Assembly: GCA_029859385.1 (NCBI GenBank)
Contig: JAOUDF010000001.1
Location: 1-53,412 of the forward strand
DNA: 53,412 nucleotides
Direction: 5' to 3'
Source: Nitrospirota bacterium
GTDB taxonomy: Bacteria > Nitrospirota > JAOUDF01
Every line of letters begins with the position of its first letter. The stretch's first letter is position 1. Below, piece after piece: positions 27,671-38,266 of the stretch. The translations under genes were made by a program, and so were the position numbers. Below the pieces are notes generated by a model, which was given only the letters and a program-made list of their open reading frames with translations, was not told the origin of the DNA and searched no databases.

Positions 27671-29461
27671 ATGCCGCAACTGAGAGCAACCCTCCCCGAA
27701 TGGAACCTCGATGATCTCTACCGGTCACTGGACGACCCGGCGATAGAGACCGATCTTGCCGAGGCGCTGCGGCGTGCCGAAGGGTTTGAAAAGGCCTTTC
27801 GCGGCCGGATTACCGATGCATCCATCGCCCCCGATACCCTTCATGAGGCCCTCGGCGAACTCGAATTTATCCACGAACTGAAAGACAGGCTCCTCTCCTA
27901 TGCCTACCTCCTCTTTGCCGGGGACACATCGAACCCGCGGCACGGCGCCTTCATGCAGAAGGTGCAGGAGCGATGCACCGCCATCAACCGGCATCTTATC
28001 TTCTTCGAATTGGAATGGATAAACCTTGCCGATGACAGGGCGTCTCTGCTTATCAAGGATCCGCTTCTCGACCGCTATCGCCATTATCTCGAAAATGAAC
28101 GGCGCTACAGGCCGCATCGGCTGTCGGAGGGCGAAGAGACCATTCTCGGCGACAAGGCGGATACCGGCAAGAATGCCTTCGTGCGTCTCTTTGAGGAACA
28201 GCTTAGCGGGATAAGCCTTTCCCTTGAAACGGGGGGAGAGAGTCGTAAGACGAGCATGGAAGAGGCCCTTTCCCTCCTTTACGACGCCGACAGGGAGATG
28301 CGCGCATCGGCGGCCAAGGCGATAACCGCGGGCCTCAAGGAAAACAGCCGGGTACTGAGCTATATCTTCAACGTCCTGGTCCAGGACCATGCCAGCGACG
28401 ACAGGTTGCGTTCATTCCCCGATCCGATGAGTTCCCGGCACATGGCCAACGAGATAGACGGAGGGACCGTGCGGGTGCTTCTGGACTGCTGCCGGAGCAA
28501 CTACACGCTGGTTGCCCGTTATTACGCCCTCAAGCGACGTATTCTCGGCCTCGATCGCGTCTACGACTATGATCGCTATGCGCCGGTAGCAGCCGACACG
28601 AAAGCCTTCGGTTTCGAGGAGGCGCGGGAGACGGTCCTTTCGTCGTTCTCCCGTTTCTCGCCCGACATGGCGGCGACAGCGAAACAGTTCTTCGACAAGC
28701 GCTGGATCGATGCCGCCCTTCGGCCGGGAAAGCGCGGTGGCGCATTTTCCCATCCGGTTGTCCCGTCGGTGCATCCCTATATCCTTGTCAATTACACCGG
28801 CCGGCAGCGCGACGTCATGACCCTGGCCCACGAACTGGGGCACGGTGTTCACCAGTGCCTGGCGGCAAAACAGGGGTATTTTCACAGCCAGACGCCGCTG
28901 ACCACCGCCGAGATGGCGTCGGTCTTCGGCGAGATGCTGGTCTTCCATTCACTCAAGGAACGGGAGACCGATCCAAAGGCGCGGCTGGCCCTTCTCTGCG
29001 GAAAGATCGAGGACACCATCGCCACGGTGTTTCGACAGGTCGCCCTCACTACCTTCGAAGAAGCCCTGCACAGGGCGCGACGGGAAGAAGGGGAACTGCC
29101 GCCGGACCGGATCAACGGGCTCTGGCTGGAGGCCAACCGGGCCATGTTCGGCGATTCGGTGGCGCTTACCGACGACTACTCCTGCTGGTGGCTCTACATA
29201 TCCCACTTTATCCACGCCCCGTTCTACTGCTACGCCTATGCCTTCGGCGAACTGCTGGTAATGGCCCTCTATCGGCGCTACCTCGAAGAAGGGGCCCCCT
29301 TTGTCCCCCGCTATCTCGCACTACTGGAGTCGGGCGGCCGCGACTCCCCCGACAGGCTCCTGAACAGCATTGGCGTGAATATCCTCGACCCCGGTTTTTG
29401 GCAGGGAGGGGTGGATATCATCGCTAAAATGGTGGCAGAGGCGGAACAGCTGGCTCAATAG
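27671..29461 (+). CDS. pepF: M3B-family oligoendopeptidase F
   Basis: 596 aa. Zinc motif TLAHELGHGVH, and the overall PepF pattern (WNLDDLY near the N-terminus). Confidence 0.88.
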   Translation: MPQLRATLPEWNLDDLYRSLDDPAIETDLAEALRRAEGFEKAFRGRITDASIAPDTLHEALGELEFIHELKDRLLSYAYLLFAGDTSNPRHGAFMQKVQERCTAINRHLIFFELEWINLADDRASLLIKDPLLDRYRHYLENERRYRPHRLSEGEETILGDKADTGKNAFVRLFEEQLSGISLSLETGGESRKTSMEEALSLLYDADREMRASAAKAITAGLKENSRVLSYIFNVLVQDHASDDRLRSFPDPMSSRHMANEIDGGTVRVLLDCCRSNYTLVARYYALKRRILGLDRVYDYDRYAPVAADTKAFGFEEARETVLSSFSRFSPDMAATAKQFFDKRWIDAALRPGKRGGAFSHPVVPSVHPYILVNYTGRQRDVMTLAHELGHGVHQCLAAKQGYFHSQTPLTTAEMASVFGEMLVFHSLKERETDPKARLALLCGKIEDTIATVFRQVALTTFEEALHRARREEGELPPDRINGLWLEANRAMFGDSVALTDDYSCWWLYISHFIHAPFYCYAYAFGELLVMALYRRYLEEGAPFVPRYLALLESGGRDSPDRLLNSIGVNILDPGFWQGGVDIIAKMVAEAEQLAQ

Positions 29462-29475
29462 CAAGGGCCAGGGGC

Positions 29476-29548
29476 GTAAGGGACCTAAGCGACGCAAGGA
29501 ACCAAGTCCCTTGTCCCTTTCGGCCTTTGCGTCCCTTTTGTCCCTTAC
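29476..29548. repeat. long imperfect palindrome built from GTCCCTT/AAGGGAC units just after the pepF stop
   Basis: GTAAGGGAC (29476-29484) pairs with GTCCCTTAC (29540-29548). The inner arms ..AAGCGACGCAAGG.. / ..CCTTTGCGTCCCTT.. are largely complementary. No U-tract. Confidence 0.5.
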
Positions 29549-29745
29549 CTTCAGCGTGTCCTCTGACCCATCAAACCCCTTGAAATTATTTCCCCATTGT
29601 GGTATTGTCCCCGCTGCTTTTTCCGCATGGGGCGGAAATACATCACACACATCTCCGGATTCCGGCGCAGGTGCCCGTCAGAGGCGGGTTTCGCCGGGAG
29701 ATGAAGGAGATGGAGGCAAAAACCGTAAAAGGGAGGTAACGCAGT

Positions 29746-30534
29746 ATGGCAGCAATCAAGATGAATGAACTTCTCGAGGCGGGTGTCCATTTCGGTCACC
29801 AGGCCAAGAGGTGGAACCCCAAGATGAAGAAGTATATCTTCGGGGAGCGCAACGGAATCTACATCGTTGACCTGAAGAAGACCCTCCGGAAGTTCAAGGA
29901 GGCCAGCGAGTTTGTGGCCGACGTCGCGGCGCAGGGCAAGCCGGTGCTGTTCGTTGGCACCAAGAAGCAGGCCCAGGACACCATCGCCGAGGAGGCGAAG
30001 CGGTGCAACATGTACTACGTCAATGCCCGCTGGCTGGGCGGCATGCTCACCAACTTCAGCACCATCAAGAAGAGCATCAACAAGCTGAAAAACTACGAAA
30101 AGATGCGCGATGACGGGACCTTCAGCGTGCTTACCAAGAAGGAAGTCGCGAAGATCAACAAGGAAATGGAAGTGCTGGAGAGAAATCTCAACGGCATCAA
30201 GAACATGTCGGCCCTTCCCGGCGCCATCTTTGTCGTCGATCCGCGCAAGGAAAAGATTGCCGTGGCCGAAGCCAACACGCTGGGAATTCCGGTGGTGGCC
30301 GTGGTCGATACCAACTGTGACCCCGACTGCATCGACTATGTAATCCCCGGTAACGATGACGCCATCCGGGCTATCAAGCTCCTTACCTCTCGCATTGCCG
30401 ACAGCGTTGCCGAGGGTCAGGCCAAGGCCGGCACGGCGAAGCCCTCGACAACCACTGCCGATATCGCGGCCGAGCTGATTGCATCGGCGGAAGAGCCCGC
30501 GGGCGAGGCTGAAGAAGAAAACGTAGAGGCCTAA
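29746..30534 (+). CDS. rpsB: 30S ribosomal protein S2
   Basis: [35 protein letters not shown] is a canonical S2 N-terminus. Confidence 0.97.
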   Translation: MAAIKMNELLEAGVHFGHQAKRWNPKMKKYIFGERNGIYIVDLKKTLRKFKEASEFVADVAAQGKPVLFVGTKKQAQDTIAEEAKRCNMYYVNARWLGGMLTNFSTIKKSINKLKNYEKMRDDGTFSVLTKKEVAKINKEMEVLERNLNGIKNMSALPGAIFVVDPRKEKIAVAEANTLGIPVVAVVDTNCDPDCIDYVIPGNDDAIRAIKLLTSRIADSVAEGQAKAGTAKPSTTTADIAAELIASAEEPAGEAEEENVEA

Positions 30535-30663
30535 GCCTTACGGTTTACAAGCATATTCCGGAAGACCCGCTCTTCGGGTTTTAAATCACGATAGATATTA
30601 ACCTGGAGAGGGACCCTGTCATGAAGATCGTCAGGGTTCCTCTTTTTTTTGGAGGTACGGTAG

Positions 30664-31560
30664 ATGTCAGTTTCAGCTGCAGTGGTAAAAGAGCTTCGGG
30701 ACAAGACCGGGGCAGGCATGATGGATTGCAAGAAGGCGCTTGCCGAGACCAATGGCGACCTGGAAAAGGCTATCGATTTTCTCCGCCAGAAAGGGTTGGC
30801 GGCGGCCGCCAAGAAGGCGGACCGGGTAGCCGCTGAAGGCGTGGCGGCAGTGGTACTGAGCGATGCGGGCACGGAAGGCGTGGTCCTCGAGCTCAACTGC
30901 GAGACCGACTTCGTCGCCAAGACCGACGAGTACAGGCAGATCGCCGAGACACTGGCAAAGAAGGCCCTGGAGAGCAAGGCTGCCTCTGTTGATGCCCTGC
31001 TGAATACCGCTGCCGGTGACGGCAAGACAGTGGGCGACATCGTAAAAGAGGCGGTGGCCAAGATGGGAGAAAACATCCAGGTGCGCCGTTTCGAGCGGGC
31101 GACCGGTGATGTCCTCGCCGCGTATATCCACGGTGGCGGCAAGATCGGCGTGCTGGTTTCCGGCAAGGGACCTGCTACCGATGCGGCAAGGAATGCGCTG
31201 AAGGATGTGGCGATGCAGGTGGCAGCAGCCCGTCCGCTGGCGGTTGTCCGCGAGGATATAGCGCAGGATGTACTGATCCGCGAGAAGGAGATCTTCTCGG
31301 CGCAGGCGGCCGAATCGGGCAAGCCGGCGAATATCATCGAGAAGATGGTGGAAGGCCGCATTCAGAAGTTCTATGCCGAGTCGTGCCTTGTGGAGCAGGT
31401 CTACATCAAGGATCCTGCCGGCAAGCAGACAGTGGCAGCCTACCTCAAGTCCGTTGACGCTGGTCTTGCCGTGACCGGCTTCACCAGGTTCGAGGTCGGC
31501 GAAGGGATTCAGAAGAAGGAGACCGATTTCGCGGCCGAGGTTCAGGCACAACTTGCCTGA
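30664..31560 (+). CDS. tsf: translation elongation factor Ts
   Basis: VKELRDKTGAGMMDCKKALAETNGDLEKAIDFLRQKG (UBA-like N-domain) and ELNCETDFVAK. Confidence 0.97.
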   Translation: MSVSAAVVKELRDKTGAGMMDCKKALAETNGDLEKAIDFLRQKGLAAAAKKADRVAAEGVAAVVLSDAGTEGVVLELNCETDFVAKTDEYRQIAETLAKKALESKAASVDALLNTAAGDGKTVGDIVKEAVAKMGENIQVRRFERATGDVLAAYIHGGGKIGVLVSGKGPATDAARNALKDVAMQVAAARPLAVVREDIAQDVLIREKEIFSAQAAESGKPANIIEKMVEGRIQKFYAESCLVEQVYIKDPAGKQTVAAYLKSVDAGLAVTGFTRFEVGEGIQKKETDFAAEVQAQLA

Positions 31561-31625
31561 TTTTCGGTTGGGTCCCCCTTGTAGCCGTATCTGACATTTG
31601 ATTGAACTTACTGGGAGAGGTCTAT

Positions 31626-32345
31626 ATGGCGCCGGCATATAAAAGGGTACTGCTGAAGCTTTCGGGCGAGGCATTGATGGGGGACATGGGGTATGGCATC
31701 GATCCCGAGATCGTGGGAAGCCTGGCCGATGAGATCAGGGAAGTCCAGTCCCTCGGGATCGAAATAGCCGTCGTCATCGGCGGCGGCAACATCTTCCGCG
31801 GGATCGCCGGGAGCGCCAAGGGGATGGAGCGGGCGTCCGCCGACTACATGGGGATGCTCGCCACCGTGCTCAATGCACTGGCCCTCCAGAATGCCCTGGA
31901 GCAGCGGCAGGTGTTTACCCGGGTGCAGTCGGCCATCGAGATGAGAGAGCTGGCCGAGCCGTATATCCGGCGCAGGGCGGTCCGTCATCTCGAAAAGAAA
32001 CGGGTCGTCATCTTTGCTGCGGGCACCGGCAACCCTTACTTCACCACCGATACTGCCGCAGCCCTGAGGGCCATGGAGATCGGGGCCCAGGTAATCCTGA
32101 AGGGGACCAAGGTCGATGGCGTGTACGACGCCGACCCGGTAACCAACCCCCAGGCAGTCCGCTACGACAGCGTCGACTATATGGAGGTGCTGGCCAAGGG
32201 GCTCAAGGTGATGGATGCCACCGCCATATCGCTCTGCATGGACAACAAGCTCCCCATAATCGTTTACAGCTTGAAGGAAAACGGTAATTTCAAGCGTATT
32301 GTGGAGGGCGAGAGAATAGGAACGCTGGTAGGAGGAAAACGATGA
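31626..32345 (+). CDS. pyrH: UMP kinase
   Basis: [15 protein letters not shown]...[11 protein letters not shown]...[20 protein letters not shown] 31626 has GGGAGAGG upstream (the track start at 31602 is TTG). Confidence 0.95.
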   Translation: MAPAYKRVLLKLSGEALMGDMGYGIDPEIVGSLADEIREVQSLGIEIAVVIGGGNIFRGIAGSAKGMERASADYMGMLATVLNALALQNALEQRQVFTRVQSAIEMRELAEPYIRRRAVRHLEKKRVVIFAAGTGNPYFTTDTAAALRAMEIGAQVILKGTKVDGVYDADPVTNPQAVRYDSVDYMEVLAKGLKVMDATAISLCMDNKLPIIVYSLKENGNFKRIVEGERIGTLVGGKR

Positions 32346-32902
32346 CCACCGCTGAGGTGAAGGCTAAAGCCACGACACAGATGGACGGGGCAATCGATGC
32401 CCTGCGCAGGGAGTTTGCCACATTGCGGACAGGGAGGGCGTCTACGGCACTGCTCGACGGCATTCAGGTCGATTATTACGATGTGCTGACCCCTCTCCCC
32501 CAGGTGGCTACCCTTACCACGCCCGACAGCCGGACCCTCGCGATCCAGCCGTGGGAATCGCGGATCATCCCCGATATCGAAAAGGCGATCCTCAAGTCGG
32601 GCCTCGGTCTTACCCCATCCAACGACGGCAAACTCATCAGGATCGTCATCCCTTCCCTTACCGAGGAACGGCGTAAGGAACTGGTAAAGTTGGCCAAGAA
32701 AATGGCCGAAGAGTCAAAGGTCGCCGTCAGAAACATCCGGCGCGACAGGAACGAAGACATCAAAAAACTTGAAAAGGAAAAGACGATTACGGAGGATGAC
32801 TGTCGTCGAGTCCTTGACGAGATCCAGAAGCTTACCGACGACCATGTCCGGCGTATCGACGAGGTGTTTTCTCACAAGGAAAAGGAAATAATGGAGGTGT
32901 AG
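32342..32902 (+). CDS. frr: ribosome recycling factor
   Basis: [19 protein letters not shown]...[31 protein letters not shown] overlap with pyrH. Confidence 0.96.
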   Translation: MTTAEVKAKATTQMDGAIDALRREFATLRTGRASTALLDGIQVDYYDVLTPLPQVATLTTPDSRTLAIQPWESRIIPDIEKAILKSGLGLTPSNDGKLIRIVIPSLTEERRKELVKLAKKMAEESKVAVRNIRRDRNEDIKKLEKEKTITEDDCRRVLDEIQKLTDDHVRRIDEVFSHKEKEIMEV

Positions 32903-32966
32903 CCCGCGTTGCTTCGCCTCCATCGACCTTCCTCTCCTTCCCGAGGTTGCCAAGGAAGGTGATCCA

Positions 32967-33665
32967 TTGAAATATCTAGGAAACCTGCTTCTGCTTTCCC
33001 TCCCGTTTTTCGCGGCATGCGCCGCCCTTGACGCCCCTGATCAACCCTCCGTGGACCCGGCCCCGATACAGGCATCAAAAAACCAGAAATTGTCTTTTCA
33101 GGACAGGTTGGAGATGGCGGAGGCGTATGACCGGCACGGCCTTTCCGACAAGGCTTATGAAGAGTACAAGACGGCCCTGTCTCTGGAGCCGGATAATGAA
33201 AAAGTATTGGTTGCGCTGGTAAGAAACGCCAGCAACACTACGAGGTACGAAGAGGCGGAGACCTATTGCCGGAGGGCCCTGGAGCTCAACCCCCGTCAAC
33301 AGGAGATGCTTTATTATCAGGGATGGCTGTCGGTAAAGCTCAGAGAGGATTATGGCGCAGCCCAGGCTTCCATTGACAGGGCCATTGAGATGGCTACGCT
33401 GAAGAAGCCGTTTTTCATGCAGACAAAGGGGCTGTTTCTTGTCGAGGAAGGACGGAATGAGGAGGCGGCCGCCATATTCAGGGCGGCAATCACCGAGGCC
33501 GACAGAACACAAATGCCGGACAAGGAGCGCGCATACCTGAAGCTGAGCCTGTACAAAAATCTGGGGCGTGCCTTAAGAAAGATGGGACGGGAAGACGAGG
33601 CTCAGGAGGCCCTTACCCATGCCTATGGTATTGCAAACAGTCTTGGGGTTAGTTCGATAGATTGA
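32967..33665 (+). CDS. TPR-repeat lipoprotein (first gene of the secretion-machine cluster)
   Basis: Signal/lipobox MKYLGNLLLLSLPFFAAC (TTG start), followed by TPR-like helical repeats (AYEEYKTALSLEPDNEK, AETYCRRALELNPRQ). Confidence 0.65.
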   Translation: MKYLGNLLLLSLPFFAACAALDAPDQPSVDPAPIQASKNQKLSFQDRLEMAEAYDRHGLSDKAYEEYKTALSLEPDNEKVLVALVRNASNTTRYEEAETYCRRALELNPRQQEMLYYQGWLSVKLREDYGAAQASIDRAIEMATLKKPFFMQTKGLFLVEEGRNEEAAAIFRAAITEADRTQMPDKERAYLKLSLYKNLGRALRKMGREDEAQEALTHAYGIANSLGVSSID

Positions 33666-33740
33666 CATTGGCGGCAGCAGTTGATTTTGCCCTGCTGTTG
33701 TGCGATATTTCTTTTATTTATCGGGTGTTGCGGAGGGTGA

Positions 33741-34952
33741 ATGCCTCGTTATTTCTGCAAGCTTGGGCGTCCTGACGGGAGGATTGAGGAGCAGGTCATA
33801 GAGGCGATCGATGCCGACTCCCTCCGGATGAGCCTTGAAGACAAGGGGTTTCTTGTCCTGAGCTTTCGTGAAAAGGGCGGTCTCCCCCTGCACCTCGACG
33901 AACTGCTTTTAAAGAAAGGGGTAAGCTCCAAGGAATTTCTGGTCTACAACCAGGAGTTCATCACCCTTGTAAGGGCGGGGATGCCTATCGTCAATGCCCT
34001 TGACGTGGTTTCGCGCAGGGTTGCCAACAAGCATTTCAAGGCGGTCCTCGACGAGATGAAAAAAGAGATCAGGGCCGGGCTTGCCCTCTCCGATGCGGCC
34101 TCGCGCCACCCCTCGATATTCCCCGATCTTTATGTGGCAACCGTCAGGTCGGGAGAGAAGAGCGGCGACCTGGTAGTGGTCCTGGGGCGCTACGTGCGCT
34201 ATCTGAAAAGGTTGATCGCCCTGCGCCGCAAGGTGTTGAGCGCCATGACCTACCCGGTCTTTCTGCTTTTGATACTGGGTGCGCTCCTTGCCTTCCTTCT
34301 TCTGTATCTGGTGCCGACCTTCTCCGGCATCTACGCCGATTTCAAAGGCGACCTGCCGCTGGCAACGAAGATCCTTATCACGACCACTCAGGCAGGAAAG
34401 GCTTTTGCCCTGCCGATCATACTGGCGCTGATATCCTTGGTAGTTGCGGCAGTACTCTGGTACAGGACCGATAAGGGACGCCTGTTCTTCGATTCGGCGA
34501 AGTTGCGGGTACCTTTTCTCGGGTCGGTGCTGGAGCTTTATGCCGTCTCCCAGTTTACCCGTACCCTTGGCTCGCTGCTGGGGGGCGGTGTGCCGCCGGT
34601 AGGCGCCCTCGATATGGCATCGGCTTCGATCCCCAACCGGGCGCTTTCCGCAAAATTGATCGAGGCGGTCTCCCGGGTGCGGGAAGGGGGGAGTATCTCC
34701 GCGGCGCTGGAGAAGACCGGTGTAGTCCCCGAGATGACGGTACGGATGATCGAAGTCGGCGAATCATCGGGAGCGCTCGAGGACATGCTGGGCGAGATCT
34801 CCGATTTTTACGAGGATGAGATCGAGACGAAGCTCTCGACGCTTACTTCCCTGATCGAACCGGTGCTCCTCCTTTTCATGGGAATCGTCATAGGGGGGAT
34901 TGTGGTTGTAATGTATCTGCCGATATTTAATCTGGCGGGGACAGTACGTTAA
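33741..34952 (+). CDS. gspF: T2SS/T4P inner-membrane platform protein (GspF/PilC family)
   Basis: 403 aa. Duplicated T2SSF repeats (FTRTLGSLLGGGVPPVGALD, EPVLLLFMGIVIGGIVVVMYLPIFNL) and three TM segments. Confidence 0.88.
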   Translation: MPRYFCKLGRPDGRIEEQVIEAIDADSLRMSLEDKGFLVLSFREKGGLPLHLDELLLKKGVSSKEFLVYNQEFITLVRAGMPIVNALDVVSRRVANKHFKAVLDEMKKEIRAGLALSDAASRHPSIFPDLYVATVRSGEKSGDLVVVLGRYVRYLKRLIALRRKVLSAMTYPVFLLLILGALLAFLLLYLVPTFSGIYADFKGDLPLATKILITTTQAGKAFALPIILALISLVVAAVLWYRTDKGRLFFDSAKLRVPFLGSVLELYAVSQFTRTLGSLLGGGVPPVGALDMASASIPNRALSAKLIEAVSRVREGGSISAALEKTGVVPEMTVRMIEVGESSGALEDMLGEISDFYEDEIETKLSTLTSLIEPVLLLFMGIVIGGIVVVMYLPIFNLAGTVR

Positions 34953-34965
34953 TCGACGGAAGCAG

Positions 34966-36666
34966 ATGATGAAGAAAAAGCTTGCTGAAATCCTGGAAGA
35001 GATGGGCTTCATCGATGCCGACCAGATGAGAGGGCTGCTCCCCCTCGCTGAGGAAGCGGGCAAGAAGCTTGGGACGCTCCTGCTTGAAAAAGGGGTGGTG
35101 ACCGATGTCCAGCTGGCCCAGGCACTGGCGGCCCAGCGGGGGATGCGTTACCTCGACCTGACCGGTTTCCGGATATCGCCGGTCTTCTTCGAGTCGATAC
35201 CGGTGGATATCATGTACCGCTACCAGTTCGTCCCCTGCGAGGAGAAAGACGGACGGCTTATCGTGGCCATCGCCGACCCGGGCGACCTCTTCAGGATGGA
35301 CGAGCTGGAGGTCCTGCTGGAGATGCCGGTCGATTTCGTGGTCTCCACGGCGCGGGAGATCGGCGAGACGCTGAAGCGAAGCGAGGGGACCCAGGCGATC
35401 CTCAAGGAGGTGTCGGAGGACTTCGTCATCGGCGCAGCCGCCGAGGACGAGGAAACGGTCCTCGCTGAGGATCTGATCAAGGGTACCAGCCCCATCATCA
35501 AGCTGGTGGACACCATCGTCCTCAACGCGATCCAGAAGCGGGCCAGCGATATTCATATAGAGGCGACCGACAAGGGGGTAATCGTTAAATACCGTATCGA
35601 CGGCGTCCTCTACAATGCCATGGACCCCATCGACTCCCAGCACCACCGCACCATCGTCTCCCGCATCAAGGTCATGTCCGAACTCGATATCGCCGAGACG
35701 CGGATCCCGCAGGACGGCCGCTTCAAGGTCCGGCTCAAGAACAAGGGGATCGACTGCCGTGTCTCCATACTGCCCAGCGTCTTCGGCGAGGACGTGGTCA
35801 TCCGTATCCTCGACAAGGAATACCTGATGACCGAGTTCGCGCAGCTCAAACTGGAGCCGCTCGGCTTCGACGAGGAGGACCTGCGCAAGTTCAGGAAGAG
35901 CATCCTTGAGCCCTACGGCATGGTGTTGGTGACCGGCCCTACGGGAAGCGGCAAGACCACGACGCTCTACGCCGCCATCTCGGAGATATATACGGACGAG
36001 GACAAGATCATCACCATCGAAGACCCGGTGGAATACCAGTTGCGGGGCATTCTGCAGATACCGGTCAACGAGAAGAAGGGGCTTACCTTTGCGAGGGGAC
36101 TGCGCTCCATCCTCCGCCACGACCCCGACAAGATCATGGTGGGAGAAATCCGCGACCCCGAAACGGCCCAGATAGCCGTCCAGTCGGCCCTTACCGGTCA
36201 CCTCGTCTTTACCACGGTGCATGCCAACAATGCCTTTGACGTCATCGGCCGCTTCACCAACATGGGGATCGAGCCGTACAATTTTGTCTCGTGCCTTAAC
36301 TGCATCCTGGCCCAGCGTCTGGTGCGTTCGATCTGCCTCAACTGCAAGACGACGGTGGAACATCCCGAACAGGTTTTTGTCGATGCCGGCCTGGACTACA
36401 ACAACTACCGGGACCATCCTTTCTATGAGGGCAAGGGGTGTGTCGAGTGCAACTGGACGGGGTACAAGGGGCGGCAGGCCATTACCGAATTTCTCGACCT
36501 TTCCGACCGCATCCGCGAACTGATCCTCGACAAGCGGCCGTCGTCGGAGATCCGTCGCATTGCCGTGGAAGAGGGGATGACGTCTCTGAGGGCTTCGGCA
36601 GTGAGAAAGGTGCTGGCGGGGATTACTACCATCAAGGAAATCAACAGGGTCACCTTCGTTGAATAG
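34966..36666 (+). CDS. gspE: T2SS/T4P assembly ATPase (GspE/PilB/MshE family) with N-terminal MshEN-type domain
   Basis: Walker A VTGPTGSGKTTT, Asp box, Walker B MVGEIRD, tetracysteine CLNCKT...CVECNWTGYKGR. N-terminus KLGTLLLEKGVVTDVQLAQALAAQ. Confidence 0.92.
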   Translation: MMKKKLAEILEEMGFIDADQMRGLLPLAEEAGKKLGTLLLEKGVVTDVQLAQALAAQRGMRYLDLTGFRISPVFFESIPVDIMYRYQFVPCEEKDGRLIVAIADPGDLFRMDELEVLLEMPVDFVVSTAREIGETLKRSEGTQAILKEVSEDFVIGAAAEDEETVLAEDLIKGTSPIIKLVDTIVLNAIQKRASDIHIEATDKGVIVKYRIDGVLYNAMDPIDSQHHRTIVSRIKVMSELDIAETRIPQDGRFKVRLKNKGIDCRVSILPSVFGEDVVIRILDKEYLMTEFAQLKLEPLGFDEEDLRKFRKSILEPYGMVLVTGPTGSGKTTTLYAAISEIYTDEDKIITIEDPVEYQLRGILQIPVNEKKGLTFARGLRSILRHDPDKIMVGEIRDPETAQIAVQSALTGHLVFTTVHANNAFDVIGRFTNMGIEPYNFVSCLNCILAQRLVRSICLNCKTTVEHPEQVFVDAGLDYNNYRDHPFYEGKGCVECNWTGYKGRQAITEFLDLSDRIRELILDKRPSSEIRRIAVEEGMTSLRASAVRKVLAGITTIKEINRVTFVE

Positions 36667-36704
36667 TCGATAATGTTGCCATACGGGAGATAACGGGTTT
36701 CGCT

Positions 36705-37661
36705 ATGATCTTTTTTTCTTCGACGGCGCCATCGGTGGGCATTGAAGTTACTGCCACCTCCCTCAGGGGGGTACGGTTGGCTGCAAAGGGGCGGCAACGG
36801 GTGGTGGCGGCCAGGGCCTTCGTGGACCTGCCGTCCGGCCTGGTTACCGGGACCTTCAGCCGACCGAACGTAGCCGACGGCGCTCTTTTCCGGGAGCACC
36901 TGGCGCGTCTTTGCACCAATCTCGGTGCCGGACAGGACAGGGTAGCTCTTGCCCTTCCCGATGCCGCGGCCAGGGTGCATCTTATGGCCTTTGAGACCCT
37001 CCCGCGCAAGGAGAGTGAGCTGCGGGATATTATCGTCTGGCGGCTCAAGCGGGACAACCTCCTGCCCTTTGAACCCGAGGAGGCCCGCGTCGTCTATCAG
37101 ATCATGGGCGGCGAGAAGGCCAAAGGGGAGATTCCCGTATTGGCGTCGATCATGAGACGTGATGTGCTTGAGCAGTATGTCTCTCTGTGCCAGGAGGCCT
37201 CGCTGGAGCCGATGACGGTGGATATCGCGTCGTTTCAGGGCGCCAATTTCTTCCACGACGAGATGCGGCGGCATGTCCCCGGCAGTGAAACCAGGGCGCT
37301 TGTTCAGTGTGAGGAAAAGCGGGCCAGCCTCATGGTCTTCGATGGTGATATCCTTGTCTTTTTCCGTTCCAAGGAGACGGGGGCGGGGACGGAAGGGGCT
37401 GCCGATGCCGTAATGGCAACATTGCAGTCGTCGCTGCACTATTACAATGAGCAGCGGAAGAATGAAAAGCCGATTGCGGCGTATTGTATTGCCGGCCATG
37501 AAAAGAGGATGGACTGGTGCGGGTGGCTGCGAAATGAACCCGGAGTCCGCCTGATCTCGCTGGATGCGGAAAAGTGCGTGGAGCGGGAGGCTGGCGTTTC
37601 GGAAGACCGGTCCGGTGAATACTGCGCGGCGACAGGGGCGGCGCTGGGGAACAGGGGATAG
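36705..37661 (+). CDS. PilM-like actin-fold assembly protein
   Basis: 318 aa. N-terminus VGIEVTATSLRGVRLA. Position directly before PilN/PilO-like genes. Weak but consistent PilM/GspL-cytoplasmic-domain pattern. Confidence 0.6.
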   Translation: MIFFSSTAPSVGIEVTATSLRGVRLAAKGRQRVVAARAFVDLPSGLVTGTFSRPNVADGALFREHLARLCTNLGAGQDRVALALPDAAARVHLMAFETLPRKESELRDIIVWRLKRDNLLPFEPEEARVVYQIMGGEKAKGEIPVLASIMRRDVLEQYVSLCQEASLEPMTVDIASFQGANFFHDEMRRHVPGSETRALVQCEEKRASLMVFDGDILVFFRSKETGAGTEGAADAVMATLQSSLHYYNEQRKNEKPIAAYCIAGHEKRMDWCGWLRNEPGVRLISLDAEKCVEREAGVSEDRSGEYCAATGAALGNRG

Positions 37662-37675
37662 GCAGGGGAGCCCGG

Positions 37676-38266
37676 ATGAGATTTCAGACCAATTTTCTGA
37701 GAGAACGGGAACAGCAGACAAGGAGGGCAGGTACGGCGCTCTCCGTGGTGTTGGTGGTTCTTGTCCTGATCTTTCTCGCCAATATCGTCATGTACTTCAC
37801 CTATCGGGACAGGGCGGGCGAGGCGAGCAAGCAGGAAGCCCTTCTCGAAAACCAGATACGGCAGTATGAGCAGGAGGTGAAGGCGGGGCCGGACCGAGCA
37901 TTCCTCGCCCGTTTCAAGGGGGAGGTGGCTTTTGCCAATTCGCTCATTCTCAGAAAGAGTTTTTCATGGACCAGCCTGCTGGGCCGGATCGAGAAGGCCG
38001 TGCCCAAGGGCATATCCGTGACGAAGATTGCGCCGGATTTCAAGACCATCGAGGGTAAGGAGGAGGAAGAGGTCGTCATGCTGTCCGGCACGGCGCGGTC
38101 GCTGGAGGCCTTGACAGGGCTCATTATCAACCTTGAGGATTCGGTGCATTTCCGGGAGGTGTTTCTCCTGAACCAGTCCTTAAGAGACGACAAAAGCGGA
38201 CGCGAGCTGATTGCCTTCGATATCCGTATGCAGTACCTCCCCGGCGGCGAGGAGGGCGGCGAATGA
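37676..38266 (+). CDS. PilN-like bitopic inner-membrane protein
   Basis: N-terminus INFL-like (FQTNFLRERE), a single TM (ALSVVLVVLVLIFLANIVMYF), then a coiled coil. 196 aa. Confidence 0.6.
   Translation: MRFQTNFLREREQQTRRAGTALSVVLVVLVLIFLANIVMYFTYRDRAGEASKQEALLENQIRQYEQEVKAGPDRAFLARFKGEVAFANSLILRKSFSWTSLLGRIEKAVPKGISVTKIAPDFKTIEGKEEEEVVMLSGTARSLEALTGLIINLEDSVHFREVFLLNQSLRDDKSGRELIAFDIRMQYLPGGEEGGE

Noticed and set aside
29522-29535. Minus-strand GGGACGCAAAGGCC, reminiscent of the conserved ACGCAAAGC core of GEMM-I c-di-GMP riboswitches (which are common in Geobacter).
   Set aside because: It is on the strand pointing back into the 3' end of pepF, with no downstream minus-strand gene. The 5' half of the riboswitch (GGCAAAC, GNRA loop and receptor) is missing. 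It is better explained as one arm of the GTCCCTT palindrome.
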